64,000 nucleotides of DNA, from contig OY843751.1 of NCBI GenBank assembly GCA_963693055.1, positions 6,080,001 to 6,144,000 on the forward strand, given 5' to 3'. This document shows, in pieces, positions 56,911 through 64,000 of this stretch. How positions within the stretch are numbered: position 1 is the stretch's first letter; each line of letters opens with the position of its first letter. Under the pieces are notes generated by a model. That model was given only the letters and a program-made list of their open reading frames with translations, did no database searches and had not been told where the DNA came from. The DNA is from a bacterium. Lineage in GTDB: Bacteria > Zhuqueibacterota > Zhuqueibacteria > Residuimicrobiales > Krinioviventaceae. A program made the translations under genes and the position numbers.

Positions 56911-57864
56911 TTCTGTTAATTCTTCAAGTTTGTATTTTTCGAGTTTGCGATATAATGTAGCAGGTCCAATTTTTAAGGACCGAGCGGTTTTTTGTTTATC
57001 AAAGTTGAAATATGCCAGGGTTCGCAAAATAACTTGGCGCTCAACTATTTCAAGTGACGATCCGATTTCAACATTTATGGTTCGTGTTTTCTCTGTATCC
57101 GAAGGTATTGATAATAACGGAAATAGTTTCATGTTTAGAACAGGGCCCGTACTCAGCACCACTGCTCTTTCTATCATGTTTTCCAGTTCGCGAATGTTTC
57201 CGTTCCAGGGGTATTTCATCATTTGTTTAATTACACGGGGCTCAATACTGCTAATATCTTTATTGTTCAGCTTGCTGTACATGTCTATAAAGTGGTTAAC
57301 CAGTGCGGGTATATCTTCTCTGTGGTCACAAAGTGCGGGAATATGTATTGATATAACATGAATGCGGTAATAGAGATCTTGTCTGAATTGATGTTCTTTT
57401 AATTTTTTTTCAAGGTCAATATTGGTTGCGGCAACAAAGCGAACATCTGACTTTAAACTAACCGTTCCTCCCACGCGTTCAAAGTGACCGTGTTGCAGAA
57501 CATGCAATAATTTTACCTGCATAGATAGTGACAATTCACCCACTTCATCTAAAAATAATGTACCACCACTTGCCAGCTCAAGCTTTCCTTTTTTGCTGGT
57601 GTGGGCCCCGGTAAAGGCCCCTTTTTCATAACCAAACAATTCTGCTTCCAACAGGTTTTCAGGGATAGCGCCACAATTGATCTTGATAAACGGTTTGCTG
57701 GCGCGAGGCCCGGATGCATGGACCATACGCGCAACCAGTTCTTTTCCTGTACCGGTGTCACCAGTGATCAGCAGCGTACTACTGGAAGGGGAAATCTGGA
57801 ATGCCTGGTCCATTATTTTTTTAAAGGAACGACTCGAGTATATTATTGTAGGGATGGAGTTCAT
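56878..57864 (-). CDS. sigma54-dependent activator (AAA+ and Fis HTH) without N-terminal sensor domain
   Basis: GDTGTGKE, ELFGYEKGAFTGA, LFLDEVGE, FRQDLYYR, WNGNIREL, HTH TLYRKL. Confidence 0.92.
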   Translation of the reverse strand: MNSIPTIIYSSRSFKKIMDQAFQISPSSSTLLITGDTGTGKELVARMVHASGPRASKPFIKINCGAIPENLLEAELFGYEKGAFTGAHTSKKGKLELASGGTLFLDEVGELSLSMQVKLLHVLQHGHFERVGGTVSLKSDVRFVAATNIDLEKKLKEHQFRQDLYYRIHVISIHIPALCDHREDIPALVNHFIDMYSKLNNKDISSIEPRVIKQMMKYPWNGNIRELENMIERAVVLSTGPVLNMKLFPLLSIPSDTEKTRTINVEIGSSLEIVERQVILRTLAYFNFDKQKTARSLKIGPATLYRKLEKYKLEELTESTGPLNNMVS

Positions 57865-58037
57865 GTCTGATCCTGGTTCTTTTTTCTTTACCCGTGATTA
57901 TAGCTTTATTAAAGAAAAAACGTATATTAAATAAAAAAGTTCTTAAAAAAATAACGAATAATTAATTATCCAGTGTTTAAATCTGTTGTTATATTTTATG
58001 GGTTTTGTTATTTTGTAAAAAATATTAAGGGGATGCC

Positions 58038-59246
58038 GTGAAAAAAACAGTATTACTGTTGTATGTTATTTCGTTTAGTAATTTGTATGCAGGGGAGTTG
58101 TTTTTTGATTATTATGAATGTGATATAAATTTATACGAAAAATTAACCATGGCGGATATTGAACAAGAGCCTCTGGAGATTTTGCGTATTATGAGAAATC
58201 AAATTTTTGCGCATTACGGCAAGACCTTTAAAGATTCTTTACTGCAGAATTATTTTGAATCTAAATTTTGGTATAAAGCTAATCCCCAATATAACGATAG
58301 CCTGTTATCGCAAACTGAGAGGGAAAATGTTGTCTTAATCAGTTTGTTCGAGGCTAAAATACGAGAGAAGCATCAGGAAAGCAGTAGGGTTAAAGTATAT
58401 AGAAATAAACTCAATTCTCTGGGTGTAATGATTGATAAAGATTTGAAAATTACGGATGTCCTCTTTGTTGATTTGAATAACACAGGCAGTAAAGAAGCTA
58501 TTGTGCTGACTATACCGTGGCAGGTTCTTGCCATTTATGGAAATATTGATCCGGGGGATTTTACGGGGCTAAAGGTATTTAACTTTGATGACGGGAAACC
58601 GTTTGAATATGTGATTGAGACGGAATCCTATTTTGTCGGTGAGAAAATTGATGGTGATTTAAAAGAGCTTGCGGGAACAGAATATATTGTGTATGCTGAT
58701 AATAATGAAAATGGTTATTCGGAATTCTACCTGCATGAAGCGGCACTGGCAAGTGGACCGGGGTATCTTACAGTTCTGGAATTTTCGGACGGTAAGATTG
58801 TAGAACGCTTGAGAATGGAAAGAATGATCACCCAATTCATTGATATAGATTCTGATGGTTTGAAAGAGTTGGTGACAGATGTATATTATCAACACTATGG
58901 TACAGTTTCCGATTTATTTCCCTATCTTAAAAAGGTTTACCATTATGATGGTGAGCGATATCAAAAAGATATGGATTTAACAAAACAGTATGTGATGGAT
59001 ACTGTTCAAAAAGAGGTAAACGGATTTACCGGCAAAGCGTCAATGGAAACCTATTTAAACATTTTACGTAATTATTTACAATTGGCGTGTATGGGTGAAC
59101 AACAAGTAGTTAAAGACGCGGTACAATTCATTAACCGCTATCATGCCGGTTATGAGAACAAACCTTTGCATTTTGATACCATGCCCGGCAAAGATGTTTT
59201 GATCAAAGATTTTAAGGAAAAATCCCAAGAGGATTGGTTTAAATAA
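58038..59246 (+). CDS. Secreted YARHG-domain protein
   Basis: LRIMRNQIFAHYGKTF...LQNYF...WY..N...LS..E..N. Confidence 0.75.
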   Translation: MKKTVLLLYVISFSNLYAGELFFDYYECDINLYEKLTMADIEQEPLEILRIMRNQIFAHYGKTFKDSLLQNYFESKFWYKANPQYNDSLLSQTERENVVLISLFEAKIREKHQESSRVKVYRNKLNSLGVMIDKDLKITDVLFVDLNNTGSKEAIVLTIPWQVLAIYGNIDPGDFTGLKVFNFDDGKPFEYVIETESYFVGEKIDGDLKELAGTEYIVYADNNENGYSEFYLHEAALASGPGYLTVLEFSDGKIVERLRMERMITQFIDIDSDGLKELVTDVYYQHYGTVSDLFPYLKKVYHYDGERYQKDMDLTKQYVMDTVQKEVNGFTGKASMETYLNILRNYLQLACMGEQQVVKDAVQFINRYHAGYENKPLHFDTMPGKDVLIKDFKEKSQEDWFK

Positions 59247-59260
59247 AGCAGGAAAAGTTT

Positions 59261-60427
59261 ATGAAACGAAAAACAGTCAATTATATCATTGTTTTATTGG
59301 TCGTTATTGTAATTTCGGCACTGTTTTTTGCAATGATTCGACATTTTTTAATGGTAATCTTGCTGGCAGGTATTTTTGCGGGCATGTTTCAACCTTTTTA
59401 CCGCAGAATTGAGAGGTTGGTGCGGGGACGCAAAAACCTGGCTTCTTTGCTTACGTTGCTGCTTATTCTGCTAATCCTGGTGATACCCTTGACGGGGTTG
59501 TTTGGTATTGTTACCGCACAGGCTATTAAAATAAGCCAGTCTGTTAAACCCTGGATTGAACAACGCATCAACGAGCCCACAGCGCTTACCGAGATTGTGG
59601 AAAAGCTGCCCTATTCCGAAACCCTGGTGTCGTACAAGCAAGAGATCCTGCAAAAAGGCGGCGAGATGGTGGGCAAGCTCAGCAATGTGCTTGTAAACAG
59701 TTTATCGTCTGCTACACTGTCTACTATCAATTTCTTTTTCCTGTTTTTTGCATTCATGTATACTTTGTTCTTCTTTTTAAAAGAGGGGGACCAGATTCTT
59801 GAAAAGATTTTGTACTATTTACCCATGACCGATGAAGATGAGCGCCGTATGCTTGACCGGTTTACTTCGGTTACGCGTGCAACCATAAAGGGTACGCTGC
59901 TGATTGGAGTTATTCAGGGCGGCCTTGCGGGACTTGCGTTCTGGGTGGCGGGTATTGACGGCGCCCTGTTTTGGGGCACGGTAATGACGGTATTGTCCAT
60001 TATACCGGCAATCGGATCGTCGCTGGTGTGGTTTCCTGCGGTACTGTTACAGATTGCAGCGGGTCATTTTATTACCGGTATTGCCTTGTTGATATATTGC
60101 GGATTGCTGGTTGGCAGTGTGGACAATCTCTTGCGCCCGCGTTGGGTGGGAAGAGATACCCAAATGCACGAGCTGTTGATCTTTTTCTCGACATTGGGCG
60201 GGATTGGTTTTTTCGGTATCATTGGATTTATCATTGGGCCCATCATTGCCGCCTTGTTTGTAACCGTCTGGGCTATTTACGGTGAGACGTTTAGAGACTA
60301 TTTACCTGAGGTGCGGAAACATCAACAAAAGCGAGATGAGGATGAAGAAAAGATCTTGATTGCGGATAATACAGACGATTCCGGTGATTTAAAAAGCGAC
60401 AAAGACACAGAGGAAGAAAATTCATAA
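59261..60427 (+). CDS. AI-2E family transporter
   Basis: FFFLKEG, VDNLLRP, LIFFSTLGG..FFG..G.IIGP. Confidence 0.9.
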   Translation: MKRKTVNYIIVLLVVIVISALFFAMIRHFLMVILLAGIFAGMFQPFYRRIERLVRGRKNLASLLTLLLILLILVIPLTGLFGIVTAQAIKISQSVKPWIEQRINEPTALTEIVEKLPYSETLVSYKQEILQKGGEMVGKLSNVLVNSLSSATLSTINFFFLFFAFMYTLFFFLKEGDQILEKILYYLPMTDEDERRMLDRFTSVTRATIKGTLLIGVIQGGLAGLAFWVAGIDGALFWGTVMTVLSIIPAIGSSLVWFPAVLLQIAAGHFITGIALLIYCGLLVGSVDNLLRPRWVGRDTQMHELLIFFSTLGGIGFFGIIGFIIGPIIAALFVTVWAIYGETFRDYLPEVRKHQQKRDEDEEKILIADNTDDSGDLKSDKDTEEENS

Positions 60428-60457
60428 AAATATTATATATTGACCACAACAGCGGCA

Positions 60458-61081
60458 TTAGTTTATTATATAGCACAGCCCCACAGACAGCTCCAGATTT
60501 TTTAATCCGGATTTGCTGACATAATCTATTGTTTTACCAGATGAACTGGAAGGGGCCTCTTTTTCTTTAATATTGCTGAACCCCATTTTTTTAAAATGGA
60601 TAAACATTTTCGACTTGTTGTGAATTCGGGTTGAAAATCCAAAAGTGAAAAATTGTGCAAGTCCATTATAATCTTTTTCCCAGGATTTTTGATAAGTATT
60701 GGTATAGCTGTAATTATAATATCCTGCACCCAAGCCCCAGAATAAGTTAATATTTTTATCCCTGTCGAGAGTTGCAAATGTTTGATATTCAAACTCGAAA
60801 GAAATTCCTGATAATTCTTCAGTACCGTTCAGGATTTCATGCCCTGTATTGGTTTCAGATAAAAGTTTTTTCCTTGCAAATCCCATTCTTGTTAATAAAC
60901 TGTTTTTATCGGTCATTGAATACTCGGCAAAAAGAGCAAGTTGTTTGGGTACAAGGTCCAGATTAGAGTGATATGTTGATGGTTGGTTTATAAAGCTGGA
61001 TCCATAACTAATACCAATACTATTTGCGTAAATGGGTTTTATTATAAATAAAACCCATAATATTAATTCTGCTTTTTTCAT
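60458..61081 (-). CDS. Small outer-membrane beta-barrel protein, type B copy 2
   Basis: Signal peptide; FWGLGAGYYNY, GLAQFFTFGF, FKKMGFSNI. Confidence 0.7.
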   Translation of the reverse strand: MKKAELILWVLFIIKPIYANSIGISYGSSFINQPSTYHSNLDLVPKQLALFAEYSMTDKNSLLTRMGFARKKLLSETNTGHEILNGTEELSGISFEFEYQTFATLDRDKNINLFWGLGAGYYNYSYTNTYQKSWEKDYNGLAQFFTFGFSTRIHNKSKMFIHFKKMGFSNIKEKEAPSSSSGKTIDYVSKSGLKNLELSVGLCYIIN

Positions 61082-61093
61082 GAGATTACCCCC

Positions 61094-61711
61094 TTAAATT
61101 TTGAATGAAAATCCCATGGCAATTCCCATATCCTCTAAACCGTTTTTGCTGTCATATTTTGATTTATATGTAAATCCATAATCATAGAAATTATTATCAT
61201 CAGGAGTAATTGTAATATTACTCCATCCCAACTTTTTAAACTGGATAAAAGAAGATACTTTGGAGGTTAAATTGTATTTGCATCCAAAAGTGAAATATTG
61301 GGCAAAACCTTTCAAGTCGTATTTAAATGTCGCATAACTTTTGTTCGTAAGCTCATAGTTGTAATATCCCATTCCTATACCAATAAATGGTGAGAAAGTC
61401 TTGCTTTGCAACGGGCAGGATAAAATCTCAAACTCTACGGGGATTCCTTTTGTTAATAAATATCTTTCTTCACCATGGCTATAATTAGTTTCATTTTTTT
61501 TATAACCGTAACCAGATGATAAAACCAACATCATGGACTTTACCGGCACCCAGAGTTTAACGTTTATACCATTTGGAGGACTGTCAAATGATTTGGTATC
61601 AGTTTCTATTGTTTGAACAATACCCGTACCAAAATCAACTCCCAGCTCTGCTGCCTGCGAGTTGATAAATAAGCAGCTCAAGAATACAAATAAAATATGT
61701 TTGGTTTTCAA
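61094..61711 (-). CDS. Small outer-membrane beta-barrel protein, type A copy 2
   Basis: Likely TTG start after GAGG; SQAAELGVDFGTGI, SPFIGIGMGYY, FAQYFTFGC, FKKLGWSN. Confidence 0.7.
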   Translation of the reverse strand: MKTKHILFVFLSCLFINSQAAELGVDFGTGIVQTIETDTKSFDSPPNGINVKLWVPVKSMMLVLSSGYGYKKNETNYSHGEERYLLTKGIPVEFEILSCPLQSKTFSPFIGIGMGYYNYELTNKSYATFKYDLKGFAQYFTFGCKYNLTSKVSSFIQFKKLGWSNITITPDDNNFYDYGFTYKSKYDSKNGLEDMGIAMGFSFKI

Positions 61712-61740
61712 AAGTTTTACCTCAGTTTTTATCCAGTTAT

Positions 61741-61773
61741 CCACCCTCTATTAATTTTTGTTTTGGAGGGTGG
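61741..61773. terminator. Hairpin between the two duplicated gene pairs
   Basis: CCACCCTC...GAGGGTGG. Confidence 0.5.
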
Positions 61774-61785
61774 TTAATAAGAAAA

Positions 61786-62409
61786 TTAATTGCCCAATTG
61801 ATACATTAAACCAACAGTTATCTCCATGCTTTCAAGTCCATAATAGCTATTATAATCTACATTATATGAATATGACTCTGAATTTCGTTTGGATTCTATG
61901 TTGCTGAGTCCCATTTTTTTGAAATTTACATACATATGGGTTTTGGTATTTATTGCAGATTTAAATCCAAAGCAAAAGTATTGAGCCAGTCCACGAATAT
62001 CTTCTTCTTGCATGTTATTATAATCATTATTGAAGTTGTAATAATAATAACCGACACCTATTCCCCAAAATAAACCCATGGTATTCGCATTGTTCAGATT
62101 TGCAATAAATCTGTAATCTGCACCAAAGTTGAACCCGCTTATTGATTCTGTTGCATCATCACCCATATTGGTGCTATTTGGATTGTTTCCGCTGTTGTTC
62201 TCATAGCCGTAACCAAAGCTGGTATGGATCCAACTGTATTTATTGATTTGCCTGGCAAGATTTATATTTATATGTTTGGGTTCTAAAATAGTTCGTGAAG
62301 TTAAATTTGATGCTTTTAAAATCATTCCTGTGCCCAAACTTGAACCAATCTGAACGGAGAATGCACTTTGTATCAAAAGGAATAAAAAGACAATGATTGT
62401 TTTTTTCAT
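61786..62409 (-). CDS. Small outer-membrane beta-barrel protein, type B copy 1
   Basis: LFWGIGVGYYYY, GLAQYFCFGF, FKKMGLSNI. Confidence 0.7.
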   Translation of the reverse strand: MKKTIIVFLFLLIQSAFSVQIGSSLGTGMILKASNLTSRTILEPKHININLARQINKYSWIHTSFGYGYENNSGNNPNSTNMGDDATESISGFNFGADYRFIANLNNANTMGLFWGIGVGYYYYNFNNDYNNMQEEDIRGLAQYFCFGFKSAINTKTHMYVNFKKMGLSNIESKRNSESYSYNVDYNSYYGLESMEITVGLMYQLGN

Positions 62410-63050
62410 TTGTCACCCCCATTTAATATGAAACTGAAGCCAACAACAAAGCCCAGATCCTGCAGGCCGGATTTACTTTTTTGATCTCTTTTGCTGGACA
62501 AAGAATAGGAGGAATTTTTGTCATATGTAATTTTTAAATTACTCCAGCCTAATTTTTTAAATTGAATGTAGGTTTTCCATTTTGTACCCAGCTTATAGCT
62601 ACATCCAAAAGTAAAGTATTGGGCAAAATTTTTAATACTGAATTTATAAGTTCTGCCATACATATATTCTAATGAATAGTTATAGTATCCAAAACCCAAC
62701 CCTATAAATGGAGAAATGGGATTGTTTTGAAATAAAGGAGAAGACAGGCATTCAACTTCCAGTGGAAAGCCTCGAGTTTTATGAAAAGTATCATAACCTA
62801 TTCCATTATGTGATACATTACTTTGAGTGTTTTGATAGCCATAACCTGTAGATACGCCCCAAATTACTGAATTGACCGGAATCCAGAGTTTCACATTTAA
62901 ACCCTGTGGAGGATTTTGAAATGACCCTGCATCTGTTTCAATTCTTTGAATGATACCCGTTCCGAAATCAACCGCTAGTTCTGCTGCCTGGGAGGTGATA
63001 AATATACAGATCAATAATACAAACAAGAAATTTTTGAATTTCATAAACAT
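62406..63050 (-). CDS. Small outer-membrane beta-barrel protein, type A copy 1
   Basis: SQAAELAVDFGTGI, SPFIGLGFGYY, FAQYFTFGC, FKKLGWSN. Confidence 0.7.
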   Translation of the reverse strand: MFMKFKNFLFVLLICIFITSQAAELAVDFGTGIIQRIETDAGSFQNPPQGLNVKLWIPVNSVIWGVSTGYGYQNTQSNVSHNGIGYDTFHKTRGFPLEVECLSSPLFQNNPISPFIGLGFGYYNYSLEYMYGRTYKFSIKNFAQYFTFGCSYKLGTKWKTYIQFKKLGWSNLKITYDKNSSYSLSSKRDQKSKSGLQDLGFVVGFSFILNGGDK

Positions 63051-63168
63051 CCCCTTTTTTAACCCCTTGATGAATGTTGATTATTGAAAATAGTTGTATA
63101 ATAGATTGTAAACGCTTATTTTATACCAATTGTATTGGAAAATAGTTCCCGATAATTGGAAAACAGAA

Positions 63169-63702
63169 ATGCTCCGCAAACTTTCATATGAAGAAATCAA
63201 TGACGCGCGTCCTGATCCACAGGATTCGCTCAACAGCCCCCGCAATCGCATCGTCGTGATAGCGGACAATATCCGTTCCGCGCATAATGTGGGTGCCTTG
63301 TTCCGTACCTCAGACGGCGCGCATATCGAGCATCTGTATCTGTGCGGTATTACCAGCCAACCCCCGCGGGCGGACATTCGCAAGACCAGCCTGGGCGCTG
63401 AAGAATCCGTGCCCTGGAGTTATGAACCGGATGCGGCAAAATTGATTGAAAAGCTGAAAACAGAGGGGTATCAGATCGTTATGCTTGAACATACCTCTGA
63501 CAGTGTGGATTACCGCAAAGCGGGTTACCAATTTCCCCTGTGCCTGGTTGTTGGCAACGAGTACCACGGCATTCAGGATGAGCTGGTACCATTGGGCGAT
63601 ATTGCCGTAGAGATACCCATGCTGGGCATCAAGCAATCGCTCAATGTTTCGGTTGCCTATGGTATAGCGGTTTATGAATTATTAACACATCTGCAAGAAT
63701 AA
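63169..63702 (+). CDS. TrmH/SpoU family RNA methyltransferase
   Basis: DNIRSAHNVGALFRT, VGNEYHG, IPMLG..SLNVSVA. Confidence 0.92.
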   Translation: MLRKLSYEEINDARPDPQDSLNSPRNRIVVIADNIRSAHNVGALFRTSDGAHIEHLYLCGITSQPPRADIRKTSLGAEESVPWSYEPDAAKLIEKLKTEGYQIVMLEHTSDSVDYRKAGYQFPLCLVVGNEYHGIQDELVPLGDIAVEIPMLGIKQSLNVSVAYGIAVYELLTHLQE

Positions 63703-63744
63703 CCGGACAAATTTTGATGTTCTTGATAAAAAGAAAGAGTAGCA

Positions 63745-63939
63745 ATGAATTTTAGTTTCTGGAAAGATGGATATAAACGCAGAGCAGTCATTTACATGGC
63801 ATTTGGAGTTGCCGGTCTGCTTTATGAAATTTTGTTTCGCAATCCTCCCCGAACCCTGGTGATGGTCTTGTGGGGTGGTATTGTTGCAATAGGTATAATT
63901 ATATGGAGCACCTTAAAGGACCCCAACGCTGAAAAGTAA
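63745..63939 (+). CDS. Small two-TM membrane protein
   Basis: ORF with two hydrophobic segments, downstream of the TrmH-family gene. Confidence 0.55.
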   Translation: MNFSFWKDGYKRRAVIYMAFGVAGLLYEILFRNPPRTLVMVLWGGIVAIGIIIWSTLKDPNAEK

Positions 63940-63943
63940 CCGG

Positions 63944-64000
63944 TTGACATGGTTACTGCTTGTTTTCTTTGCGGGCAGTGTTTTTGCGCAGGACAGGATT
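63944..64000 (+). CDS. Start of a probable secreted protein (runs off window; start uncertain)
   Basis: LTWLLLVFFAGSVFAQDRI resembles a signal peptide. Confidence 0.35.
   Translation, partial: MTWLLLVFFAGSVFAQDRI

Noticed and set aside
1-64000. tRNA, rRNA or prophage genes
   Set aside because: None recognised by eye; tRNAscan-SE and Rfam would be needed to exclude them

Overview
Bacterial chromosomal window from a diderm saccharolytic organism. Several secreted proteins carry a YPNPFN/FlgD-Ig sorting-type domain, promoters are canonical sigma70 type, and bacillithiol genes are present; KSB1/Calditrichota-like affinity is an inference. Core and metabolic content: ldh (partial), YciO/Sua5, LacI regulator, two GH2s, nagB, lnt, a methyltransferase-bshC-bshB1 operon plus bstA, GH13, Gfo/Idh/MocA-DoxX-DUF1080 genes, a GH2-aminotransferase-oxidoreductase operon facing a sodium:solute symporter, selenocysteine-recoded selD, a deiminase-parvulin fusion with a sensor-less sigma54 activator, and four tandem beta-barrel paralogues. 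Accessory content: a fused RM enzyme, MNT-HEPN, hicBA with an amber stop in hicB, IS256 with a remnant of a second IS256, and IS5. Most intriguing is 2-12.4 kb, where AT-rich genes are separated by at least three families of structured repeats. This region also holds a ~1.8-kb unit of two paralogous DUF1670-like genes, with a 15-bp inverted repeat pair, an A9 slippage tract that could fuse them, and C-termini reminiscent of tyrosine recombinases: a candidate undescribed mobile element or recombination system. All family calls come from motif recognition by eye; no database searches were run.
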